Made by a program: the position numbers and the translations under genes. From a virus (Duplodnaviria; Caudoviricetes), in the IMG/VR virus record IMGVR_UViG_3300017721_001026, positions 89,809-153,808 of that record: a stretch of 64,000 nt of DNA, one strand, 5' to 3'. Positions 50,401 to 58,223 of the stretch are shown piece after piece. A model generated the notes under the pieces. The model searched no databases, was not told the DNA's origin, and was given only the letters and a program-made list of their open reading frames with translations. Each line of letters starts with the position of its first letter. Position 1 is the first letter of the stretch.

Positions 50401-50661
50401 TCAGATCTTTAGATTTTGTGCTCCAGGTTGTTGTGATGCTTTATCAAGGATTTCATTCCAACCTGGTTTTGATTTAACAAGTTTGTCTTTCCACTCACCA
50501 ATTGGTTCTAGTCCCAATCCAGGTGAATTTTCTGGAGTAAAAAATCGTTCCCAATTTGGATTATCAATTTTCCATTGGTCCCATTCATGAATACTCATTT
50601 TCACTTCTTTGGTTTCACCAGTTTGTTTATTCTTAACAGGGTATGTTGCCATAATTATCAC
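50401..50661 (-). CDS. Conserved small hypothetical protein (likely start 50652)
   Basis: MATYPVKN..TGE.KE..MS..EWDQW..DNP. Confidence 0.75.
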   Translation of the reverse strand: MIIMATYPVKNKQTGETKEVKMSIHEWDQWKIDNPNWERFFTPENSPGLGLEPIGEWKDKLVKSKPGWNEILDKASQQPGAQNLKI

Positions 50662-50675
50662 TGAGTGTAGTTTAT

Positions 50676-51704
50676 TTAGATCTTAATCCAACGTTCATTT
50701 GCAAGTGTCCATTGAACAACCTCCTTAACACGATCACGGATATCTTTTGGTTGCCATCCCATTGCCTTCATCTTTTCACCAGATAATGCATAACGTAAGT
50801 CATGACCAGGACGTGCAGAGTGGAAGTCAACCATCTCATACTTAAGTTCTTTGCCCTGAGCATCAGCAATCATCTGTGCAAGTTGAAGATTGTTGAGTTC
50901 TTCTGCACCAACGATGTTGAACTTGGGACACCTTGCACCACCCCAAGTGTAAGACTCTACGTTCTTACCAAGAAGAAACAAAAGTGCATCTGCGACATCT
51001 TCAGCATGAATGTAATGCCGTGACCCAGGAATTTCCTTAGTTGGATCACTGTGAATCGTGATTGTCTCACCATCACGGGCACGTTTAATGCACATGGGAA
51101 TGAACTTTTCTGGGTGTTGACGTTGCCCAAAGACATTCATTGTGTGAGTAATGTATACGGGTACTCCGTAAGTGTTGTGGAAAGCAACTGCTAGTTCCTC
51201 ACCACCTGCCTTAGTTGCACTGTATGGGTTTGTAGAATTATAACGATCGTTCTCTTCATACAGAATACCATCTGGTGCAGGACCAAAGACTTCATCAGTA
51301 CCAAAGTAAACAAATCTTTCTAGATGATCTAGACTACGGGCATAGTCAAGGATGTTGCAGGTTGCTACAACGTTATCCATGACAAATTCCATAGGATATT
51401 CGATGCTGCGGTCAACATGAGAACCAGCAGCAAGGTGAAGAATGTAGTCAATCTTACCAATGTCTGCAGCAATCAGTGGATTCACTGCTGCTTTTAGATC
51501 ATGGAATACAATCCTCACCCGAGAACGATCCTCAGCAGAAAAATCTTTTAAAACGTCTTGAAGACGGTTAAGATTTCCACTAAAGTCCAGACGATCTAGC
51601 GTAACTACTTCCCAGTCTGTATTTCTCAGAATCTGTGAAATTAAATGGTGTGCAATAAAACCTGCACCACCAGTAATTAACGCTCTTTTCATGTCTTTTC
51701 TCAA
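50676..51704 (-). CDS. NDP-glucose 4,6-dehydratase (RmlB-like extended SDR)
   Basis: TGGAGFIA, HLAAGSHVDRSI, GTDEVFG, PYSATK, RPGHDLRYA. Confidence 0.92.
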   Translation of the reverse strand: MRKDMKRALITGGAGFIAHHLISQILRNTDWEVVTLDRLDFSGNLNRLQDVLKDFSAEDRSRVRIVFHDLKAAVNPLIAADIGKIDYILHLAAGSHVDRSIEYPMEFVMDNVVATCNILDYARSLDHLERFVYFGTDEVFGPAPDGILYEENDRYNSTNPYSATKAGGEELAVAFHNTYGVPVYITHTMNVFGQRQHPEKFIPMCIKRARDGETITIHSDPTKEIPGSRHYIHAEDVADALLFLLGKNVESYTWGGARCPKFNIVGAEELNNLQLAQMIADAQGKELKYEMVDFHSARPGHDLRYALSGEKMKAMGWQPKDIRDRVKEVVQWTLANERWIKI

Positions 51705-51711
51705 ATACTTT

Positions 51712-52935
51712 TCAATTATAACCTATATTGTTCTGTCTTGCAACCTCCAATTCAATCTGCTTTTTTAAAATACTATTTGGTAGTTGCTTTGATCCATGGT
51801 AAATATTTTTAAATGGATACTTCTCCGTTGATTTTGTTTCATTATAGTAAAATAATTTTGCTGCTCCAAGAGACTGACAAGCATCACCTGCAATAGGATC
51901 AATAAAGAAGTTAATGTCAGGGAATTTTTCTTGGATGACTGAGTTTGCACAAATGTTCAATGCACAACCCCCAGAGAATACAATGTTCTTTGTGTCTGGT
52001 CTTAAATCAAGAACTTGCTGAACTCTCATGACTAAAACTTTCTCCATACAATCTTGTATTTCCCATGCAAGATCTGCTTTCTTTTGGAAATCGTCATGAT
52101 GTCTAAGTTGAGGGAAGTTTGTTGTGTTGAATAGTCTATTACTATAAAACACATTCATGTTTGCCATTCCATTATCAAGAATGAATGATGGTAAGTCATC
52201 ATTATGTTCACCATATGCAGCAAGACCCATCGTCTTTCCACACTCATCCCTAATCCATCCAAGGTGATATGTAACAGTTCCATACATCACACCAATGTCG
52301 TAACATGAATTGACATCAATGATATCATTATCTGTCAACATCTCAAAGAAATTGTTTGGGAAATTGACTTGAATGAATCCTCTTGGTGATGGTGCAGGAA
52401 CAATCAGATTTTTATAGAGTAATTTAAAATCGTTTGGATACTCTGCATAATACAATGAAGTACTCTCCAGGAACATGATGTCACTCCACTTCTCAGCATT
52501 TTCTTTGTCTTGATCAGAGAGTTCAATCTCTGCCAATTCCATAAGAGCATTAATTCTATAATCAGCACCCCAACCATCAATCACAATGACAGCAGCTTCA
52601 TCAAATCCAGATGCATAAAAACCAGAAGCAGCATGGTAAAGATGATGTTCATCAACTTCAATGGTTGTTGTAATTTTATCCAGTTTGAATTTCCTTAAGA
52701 TCTCTTCAATATCTCCAATATCTTTATCATCACCATTAGTAATTACAAACTCATCTATACCATATTGCTCATGAAACTTTAGAACAGGATCAAAAACACA
52801 AAGAAGTGAATTGTCATGCTTCTTACCAGAGAGTCTTTCTTCTAGAATAATTTCATGAACTTCTCCATTACGGAGCATGGTGACACCTGCTTCATGTCCA
52901 CTAATTGAAAAACATACTACATTATATTTTTTCAT
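51712..52935 (-). CDS. NodU/CmcH carbamoyltransferase, N-terminal (Kae1-like) domain only, copy 2
   Basis: EERLS..KHD, HHLYHA, IDGWG, GKTMGLAAYG, SGGCALN, P.AGD..QSLGAA. Confidence 0.9.
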   Translation of the reverse strand: MKKYNVVCFSISGHEAGVTMLRNGEVHEIILEERLSGKKHDNSLLCVFDPVLKFHEQYGIDEFVITNGDDKDIGDIEEILRKFKLDKITTTIEVDEHHLYHAASGFYASGFDEAAVIVIDGWGADYRINALMELAEIELSDQDKENAEKWSDIMFLESTSLYYAEYPNDFKLLYKNLIVPAPSPRGFIQVNFPNNFFEMLTDNDIIDVNSCYDIGVMYGTVTYHLGWIRDECGKTMGLAAYGEHNDDLPSFILDNGMANMNVFYSNRLFNTTNFPQLRHHDDFQKKADLAWEIQDCMEKVLVMRVQQVLDLRPDTKNIVFSGGCALNICANSVIQEKFPDINFFIDPIAGDACQSLGAAKLFYYNETKSTEKYPFKNIYHGSKQLPNSILKKQIELEVARQNNIGYN

Positions 52936-53489
52936 TTGACTACCAACATACCAGTATCAGGAAAATAAACATAATATAGATCTGATTTATTCAGAGATGC
53001 AATTGCTTGCTTTACAGTTTCAACTATCGGATCCCCAGCAAGATTAAATGATGTATTCAATAAGATTGGAACCTGTGTATTGATATAGAAAGTTTTAATT
53101 AGATTGTAGTAGTGAAGATTTTCTTGTTCATTAACTGTCTGTATCCTACAAGTTCCATCTACATGAGTAATAGCAGGGATATATTCCTGCATAGTTTCTC
53201 TTACTCTAAGATTGAATGTCATATAAGGAGAACTCTTCATCCCAATCATATCAAACCATTTATCTGCATGTTCCTCCAATACAGAACCAGCAAATGGTCT
53301 AAAACTTTCTCGGTTTTTTACAGTATTAACAATATCTTTTCCGTTAGAAATTCTAGGATCAAAAATAATAGACCTATTGCCCAATGCCCTAGGTCCGACT
53401 TCTGATCTTCCTTGATGTATTGCTCCTATCTTTTTATCTAAGATTAATTCAACAACATCATCATATGTAACATCATATCTAATCTTCAT
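52932..53489 (-). CDS. Carbamoyltransferase C-terminal (YrdC-like) domain only, copy 2
   Basis: GRSEVGPRALGNRSI, KNRESFRPFA, HVDGTCRIQTV, LNTSFNLAG.PIVET. Confidence 0.92.
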   Translation of the reverse strand: MKIRYDVTYDDVVELILDKKIGAIHQGRSEVGPRALGNRSIIFDPRISNGKDIVNTVKNRESFRPFAGSVLEEHADKWFDMIGMKSSPYMTFNLRVRETMQEYIPAITHVDGTCRIQTVNEQENLHYYNLIKTFYINTQVPILLNTSFNLAGDPIVETVKQAIASLNKSDLYYVYFPDTGMLVVK

Positions 53490-54724
53490 ACACTGGGTCC
53501 AAAATAAACATGATCAAATGGAAACTTTTCTTTACTCTTTGTCAATCCATACCATAAGTATTTTGCCGCACCAATTGCAGTTCCACCATCATGAGCAATA
53601 GGGTCAACAAAAAATTCTACTTCTGGGAATTCCTTTGTATATTTATAGTTGTTAACGCAATTTAAAAAGTAACCACCAGACAACACAATCTTATTCTTAC
53701 CAGTCATATCAATTGTTTTTTGTATCATTCTACAAGTATGTTTATATGTTTCTTCTTGTAGTTTATGTGCAAGAGATGCACACAAATAAGTATCTAAATC
53801 TGGCAATTCAATTTCAGATTTGATATCATTATCATCCATAAAGTTTTCCATTGCCGATTGGATATTATCAATCGTTACCCAAACACCTTCATGCTCATAG
53901 AACCAATCACATACAAAAATGAATTTATCTTTCTCATAGTTGTTTAGAATATGATAGTTCTGTTTGTATGAATCGGATGCAAGTCTATGTCCAGATAGAC
54001 CCATCAATTTACCTGCTGCATTTCCACTGTCCTCAAGTCCAAATACACCACACATTATATTGAATAGATCTCCACAACTTTTTGTTCTGGAGTAGATTTC
54101 ATTCTTATTTCTTTTCCAAAATAATTCTCTTTCAGTATCAGGATCTTCATCATCCTCATCATCGTCTAACATAGAACAATGCTTAAACTTTGTAGAGAAA
54201 AGATTATCATAAGAACAATCGAAGATACTTTCAATTTCTCTAAAAGGATATTCTGAATGTTTGGATGTTTCATTCTCTCTATATTCTACATCATAAGCAC
54301 CACCACCATCTAGAACGAGTGCAGCTGCATCATCAAATCCAGATGCAAAGAATGCATTCGCAGCATGATATATGTGATGATTATTAGCATATATCATAGA
54401 GGTATTAAAAGAAATACCGTCTTTCTGAAGTGCTCTAATGATATTTGTCCTAAGAAAGTCATCGTCTCCAATTTCATCTCTACCATAAGAGGTAAAAATA
54501 ATATAATCAATCCATGATGTATATTTTTTAATCACATCTGAATGACAATAAGTCTCAGGGAATTCACCACTTTCTTCATACTCGTCAAGCATTTCTGATA
54601 CATCGTAACAACTCTCTATCTTTTCACCGCACAGTCGTTCATCTTCAGCAAAATATACAATCTCACCATCCTTTAAAAGGCAGGTAGATCGGTCATGAGA
54701 GATATTGATTCCTAGAATATACAT
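53486..54724 (-). CDS. Carbamoyltransferase N-terminal domain only, copy 1
   Basis: ILGINISHD, EDERL, HHIYHA, LDGGG, GKLMGL, LSGGYFLNCVNN, HDGGTAIGAA, YFGP. Confidence 0.9.
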   Translation of the reverse strand: MYILGINISHDRSTCLLKDGEIVYFAEDERLCGEKIESCYDVSEMLDEYEESGEFPETYCHSDVIKKYTSWIDYIIFTSYGRDEIGDDDFLRTNIIRALQKDGISFNTSMIYANNHHIYHAANAFFASGFDDAAALVLDGGGAYDVEYRENETSKHSEYPFREIESIFDCSYDNLFSTKFKHCSMLDDDEDDEDPDTERELFWKRNKNEIYSRTKSCGDLFNIMCGVFGLEDSGNAAGKLMGLSGHRLASDSYKQNYHILNNYEKDKFIFVCDWFYEHEGVWVTIDNIQSAMENFMDDNDIKSEIELPDLDTYLCASLAHKLQEETYKHTCRMIQKTIDMTGKNKIVLSGGYFLNCVNNYKYTKEFPEVEFFVDPIAHDGGTAIGAAKYLWYGLTKSKEKFPFDHVYFGPSV

Positions 54725-54727
54725 TTA

Positions 54728-55297
54728 TTATACCTCGTTCTTTGCGTAAATTAGAGTTTCTTTTTCTGGAAGATAAAGATATTCAAATGATGATCTCTCT
54801 AGTGTAGATAATGCCTGCTTCATAGTATGAACAATTGGTTCTCCAGCAAGATTAAAAGATGTGTTTCCAACTATAGGAATTCCAGTTAGATTCTTATATG
54901 CTTTGATCAAATTATAGTAGTGAGGATTGTTCTTTTCACTTACAGTTTGAACTCTGCAAGTTTTATTTTTATGAATGATTGCTGGAATTTTCTTCAATTT
55001 ATCTGGTCTTACATCAATAGCATAAGTCATGAATGGAGATTCTTCTATGGTTCCGTTATCAAACCACTCGGAAAAATCTTCCAACAAAATAGATCCAGCA
55101 ACAGGTCTATACCACTCTCTCCTCTTTAGGATATTGACATGCTGCCACATCTCGTAAATACGTGGATTGAATAGGAATGATCTATTTCCTAGAGCACGTG
55201 GTCCTCCCTCATCAGAACCCTGATAAATGGCAACAACATGACCATCATCAATAAATTTAGCAATGGTAGAATATTTTACCTTTGGGATTACTTTCAT
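54728..55297 (-). CDS. Carbamoyltransferase C-terminal domain only, copy 1
   Basis: EGGPRALGNRS, KRREWYRPVA, SPFM, TCRVQTV, NTSFNLAGEPIV. Confidence 0.9.
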   Translation of the reverse strand: MKVIPKVKYSTIAKFIDDGHVVAIYQGSDEGGPRALGNRSFLFNPRIYEMWQHVNILKRREWYRPVAGSILLEDFSEWFDNGTIEESPFMTYAIDVRPDKLKKIPAIIHKNKTCRVQTVSEKNNPHYYNLIKAYKNLTGIPIVGNTSFNLAGEPIVHTMKQALSTLERSSFEYLYLPEKETLIYAKNEV

Positions 55298-55317
55298 CTG
55301 AAGAACTACTATATGTT

Positions 55318-55965
55318 TTATTTATTATGCTCAGTCCACCCAAGTGCTTCAGCAATCACTGGAAACTGTCCAGCAAAGACACACTTACACTCATTGGCAA
55401 TATCCATATGTTCTTTCTGTGTTCCATGAGCAGAACGCAGATCGATATAATGTATCCATGACCGCACTGAACCGCTCATGTAAATTTTTGTGGGAACTGC
55501 TAAAGGAAGCACAAAGCGAGCACACTCCTTTGCCACACCATGATCAAGCATGGTTTGATATAGATCCATAGCAGAAGCAAAATGCCTCTCGATAGCAATC
55601 TCAAACTCTTGCTTATGGAAAGCATCCAAATCATCAGTAGAGTTTTGACGATTCTTTGTATCTTGACGACGCAAGTCTGGAAGAGGAATCTTAGTTGCTA
55701 ACATAGAACTATCAGCATACCGTTGAGAAAACTCTTGGAATGTAAAAGATCTATGACGAAGGATCTGAGCTGCCAATCCTCTCGTGGTCTCAATCTCAAG
55801 AGTCATGAATGCCATCTCAAAAATACTCCAATGCTGATGATTGATGCAGTATTTAAGGAGACCAGCAATCTTTTCATTCTCCTGATTATTTGGATTACTT
55901 ACACGGGCACAATATGCAATATTCTTCTCAGCATCAGGTGTGACAGAGATCAGTTTAACGTTCAT
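55318..55965 (-). CDS. thyX: Flavin-dependent thymidylate synthase
   Basis: HWSIFE, QILRHRSFTFQEFSQRY, KECARFVLP; start set at MNVKLISVT. Confidence 0.97.
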   Translation of the reverse strand: MNVKLISVTPDAEKNIAYCARVSNPNNQENEKIAGLLKYCINHQHWSIFEMAFMTLEIETTRGLAAQILRHRSFTFQEFSQRYADSSMLATKIPLPDLRRQDTKNRQNSTDDLDAFHKQEFEIAIERHFASAMDLYQTMLDHGVAKECARFVLPLAVPTKIYMSGSVRSWIHYIDLRSAHGTQKEHMDIANECKCVFAGQFPVIAEALGWTEHNK

Positions 55966-56134
55966 CTTTTTTAAATTGCTTACGACATTTCTTAACATCT
56001 TTGAGTTCTTCTTTAATCATCTGATATGCATCTTCAGGTGACAACTTCTTTGCCATTTCCATAGCAGTGATGATCTCAACTCTTGTTCCGAAGTGCTTGA
56101 GTGCCTCTTCAAAACAGTTTAATTCTTCATACAT
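55955..56134 (-). CDS. Small hypothetical protein
   Basis: MYEELNCFEEALKHFGTRVE..; start trimmed to the ATG. Confidence 0.7.
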   Translation of the reverse strand: MYEELNCFEEALKHFGTRVEIITAMEMAKKLSPEDAYQMIKEELKDVKKCRKQFKKDER

Positions 56135-56136
56135 GA

Positions 56137-56325
56137 TTAAGCAGTCCACTCATCATCAGTGTACACCTCATCAAAATCTGAGACTGGAGCATAATAAGAT
56201 TCTGGGTCATCAAAGTTCTCCTGCTTCGTTTGATATGCATTTACATCTGAGTATACTTCCGATTCCAGAGCATCGACCAGCAGTTTTAAATTCCTTACTA
56301 TCAGTTTCAAATTGTCCTTTTCCAT
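56137..56325 (-). CDS. Small hypothetical protein
   Basis: 62 aa; LKLIVRNLKLLVDALESEVYSD; follows an early promoter. Confidence 0.75.
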   Translation of the reverse strand: MEKDNLKLIVRNLKLLVDALESEVYSDVNAYQTKQENFDDPESYYAPVSDFDEVYTDDEWTA

Positions 56326-56346
56326 AGCACAAAATCTACTGTACTA

Positions 56347-56375
56347 ATTATACTCATAAAAAAAGGACCTGTCAA
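56347..56375 (-). promoter_or_regulatory. Early promoter overlapping a terminator
   Basis: TTGACA-17 nt-TATAAT. Confidence 0.85.
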
Positions 56376-56384
56376 GCAGGTCCT
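56358..56384 (-). terminator. Rho-independent terminator closing the riboswitch transcript
   Basis: AGGACCTG-CTTGA-CAGGTCCT-TTTTTT. Confidence 0.85.
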
Positions 56385-56404
56385 GATAGTCTAATACAAG
56401 TAAC

Positions 56405-56572
56405 TCACTTGCTGTAAGTACGTCCACGATAGCAGAATGTACCGTGTGTTTCCTTACTCTCTACACAACGTGTCGAGTACTTAACACCACGATATGAGGT
56501 GTGAAGAACTTGTGCGTCGTGAAGTGCAGATGCCTTGTTGATCTGCTTTCTGATCATGTTTAGTGTATTCAT
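56405..56572 (-). CDS. DUF4278-like small protein (two YRG motifs)
   Basis: 55 aa MNTLNMIRKQ...TSYRGVKY...FCYRGRTYSK; AGGAG RBS 8 nt upstream. Confidence 0.8.
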   Translation of the reverse strand: MNTLNMIRKQINKASALHDAQVLHTSYRGVKYSTRCVESKETHGTFCYRGRTYSK

Positions 56573-56636
56573 TGTAGGTACTCCTGAAGTTGGGTGAAAA
56601 TTAACCTTCTCATCTTTCGATGGATCCGTTTTTTCC

Positions 56637-56864
56637 CGTTCCTTCAGTCGTTTGCGTCCCAATACCACTCACATTCTGGTGATGATTCCTTAAGGGTCTC
56701 AACCAACTCTACCTTCAATACAGAAGATAGATTCGCATTGTTCTCAATCTTCAGCATGATAGCATCAGTTTGAGTACAAGTGAGTGTTGTATAGAATAAT
56801 AGTTCTAGCATGGGATGAACGCTCCGTTCCGCGACTTACTTGCGTCTCCCTAAGGAGATGAACG
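56637..56864 (-). ncRNA. Nested double glutamine riboswitch (glnA/Downstream-peptide family) enclosing an ORF
   Basis: CGTTC-A-TCTCC(TTAG)GGAGA-CGCAAGTA-AGTCG ... CGACT-GAAG-GAACG-G, with a second GAACG-GAG-CGTTC-A-TCCCA...TGGGA-CGCAA inside. Confidence 0.82.
56644..56811 (-). CDS. 55-aa protein encoded inside the riboswitch; absent from the ORF track
   Basis: MLELLFYTTLTCTQTDAIMLKIENNANLSSVLKVELVETLKESSPECEWYWDAND; GGAG RBS 10 nt upstream. Confidence 0.75.
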   Translation of the reverse strand: MLELLFYTTLTCTQTDAIMLKIENNANLSSVLKVELVETLKESSPECEWYWDAND

Positions 56865-56872
56865 ACAGGTCT

Positions 56873-56901
56873 ATTATAGACCGTATAATCTATTTAGTCA
56901 A
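56873..56901 (-). promoter_or_regulatory. Early promoter (with overlapping CTAAATA late motif) for the riboswitch transcript
   Basis: TTGACT-17 nt-TATAAT; predicted +1 at about 56866, right at the aptamer 5' end. Confidence 0.85.
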
Positions 56902-56929
56902 GTGTGTTTGTATCCCCACAAACTATAAG

Positions 56930-57169
56930 TTAATGAATGAGTTCGTTGCGTCTCATATAATGAAGTGTGTCATGCATATTACCAAGATGCTTGGCACCAA
57001 TAGAAACCTGAGGGTATGTTGCATCAGATCCAAACTCTGATTCAAATGCTCTTTGAGTAAAGTGTTCATTGAGTCTATACTCTAGGAACTCTCCACCTAT
57101 TGACTTCAGTAGTGATGCAACACGATCACACTCTTGACTACCGTTACTGTAGATTACTGCTGTCTTCAT
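56930..57169 (-). CDS. Glutaredoxin-like protein (single Cys)
   Basis: IYS...QEC, F..EFG..ATYPQV.IG.KHLG. Confidence 0.75.
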   Translation of the reverse strand: MKTAVIYSNGSQECDRVASLLKSIGGEFLEYRLNEHFTQRAFESEFGSDATYPQVSIGAKHLGNMHDTLHYMRRNELIH

Positions 57170-57484
57170 TTAATCTCTTTGCCTCCAGTCATCGGGTTTG
57201 TCTCGTTGAAACCAATCTTTAATATCATCAGCACTGTTGAACCCCGTTTTATGATTGGATGGATCGGGGTCTCCTAGTCCCATCCTATTCAGAAAATCGT
57301 CTGTACTACCTTCTTCAATGTCTTGTGCTGCTTGGCGTCGTGCTTGCTTTAACCAATCTCTTGCAAGAGTATGGGACTTAGCAAGTTTCTCTGCCCAGAT
57401 CATGTCATCTAATGGGACACTTTCTTTATTTGCGATACATCTACAGATAGACTCTAATCTAAGTCGGTAAGCAGTAGAAAGCAT
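57170..57484 (-). CDS. Conserved cyanophage hypothetical protein
   Basis: MLSTAYRLRLE.IC...DMIWAEKLAK...GLGDPDP...DDWRQRD; start trimmed. Confidence 0.8.
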   Translation of the reverse strand: MLSTAYRLRLESICRCIANKESVPLDDMIWAEKLAKSHTLARDWLKQARRQAAQDIEEGSTDDFLNRMGLGDPDPSNHKTGFNSADDIKDWFQRDKPDDWRQRD

Positions 57485-57485
57485 G

Positions 57486-57680
57486 TTAATCTCGTAGTTT
57501 TTGTTGTAGATCTGAAACACGTTGATACTCATCAAGAGCACTTTCCGAACGATATTTAAGAATAGATTGAATATCTTCTAAGATAATCTCTGCATCAACA
57601 TAGTCATCAAGATATTTATCAATCGCATCTTTAAGATAACGTAATCTATGCCACTCTGGACTGTAAGGTTTGTATTCCAT
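57486..57680 (-). CDS. Small hypothetical protein
   Basis: 64 aa; YKPYSPEWHR.RYL; follows an early promoter. Confidence 0.75.
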   Translation of the reverse strand: MEYKPYSPEWHRLRYLKDAIDKYLDDYVDAEIILEDIQSILKYRSESALDEYQRVSDLQQKLRD

Positions 57681-57703
57681 AATAATGCGTTTGATATTTT
57701 TGA

Positions 57704-57732
57704 ATTATATAGGTATCTTGACCAATTGTCAA
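57704..57732 (-). promoter_or_regulatory. Early promoter
   Basis: TTGACA-17 nt-TATAAT. Confidence 0.85.
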
Positions 57733-57744
57733 TAAACACTTAAC

Positions 57745-57966
57745 TTAAATTTCAAAATCCTTAGATTCTTCAATCAGTGAGTTAATATATGTTTCGGTTC
57801 CATCAAGTTTCTTGACTTCAAATAAAGGAGATCTCATGTATTTTTTAATACCTTTGTACTCCTTCATAAGTTTATCGACTTCACGTTGATTAAGAGTGAT
57901 CTTTGCTTTTCCATTATAAGAATCGTCTATGTTATTATTAGAAAATCCACCAAATCCTTTACTCAT
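57745..57966 (-). CDS. Small hypothetical protein
   Basis: 73 aa; ATGA overlap with the upstream gene. Confidence 0.7.
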   Translation of the reverse strand: MSKGFGGFSNNNIDDSYNGKAKITLNQREVDKLMKEYKGIKKYMRSPLFEVKKLDGTETYINSLIEESKDFEI

Positions 57967-58223
57967 TTCTTTTTCTTTTCTACTGGTGCTTTATATCCAT
58001 ACAAGTTAGGTCTGATTCTTCCTTCAGTTTGATTGAAGTTCAATAGATCATAACGATACAAATCATAATAATGATCAAAGATATCCACCTTTTTACTTGC
58101 CATTACAATATCGTAATGTATTTTTTTGTCAAGAACATACTCTACCATATATGAATTTGTTGGTAGAGATTTATCTTCTGCTAGTTTAGGATCGCAATCC
58201 TCATGAATGATAATAAATTTCAA
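57963..58223 (-). CDS. Conserved hypothetical protein
   Basis: 86 aa; IHEDCDP...LP..SY.V.Y...DIFD.YYD. Confidence 0.75.
   Translation of the reverse strand: MKFIIIHEDCDPKLAEDKSLPTNSYMVEYVLDKKIHYDIVMASKKVDIFDHYYDLYRYDLLNFNQTEGRIRPNLYGYKAPVEKKKK

Noticed and set aside
52932-54724. Single frameshifted carbamoyltransferase pseudogene (N1+C2)
   Set aside because: Clean ATGA overlaps, intact motifs in all four ORFs, and an array that starts with a C domain and ends with an N domain point to genuine split genes.
56405-56668. 87-aa version of the DUF4278-like ORF
   Set aside because: The GTG start lies inside the inner ORF and runs through the aptamer; a clear AGGAG-ATG exists at 56572.
56840-57040. 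Plus-strand 66-aa ORF over the riboswitch promoter
   Set aside because: Antisense to a promoter and a glutaredoxin-like gene, with no independent support.
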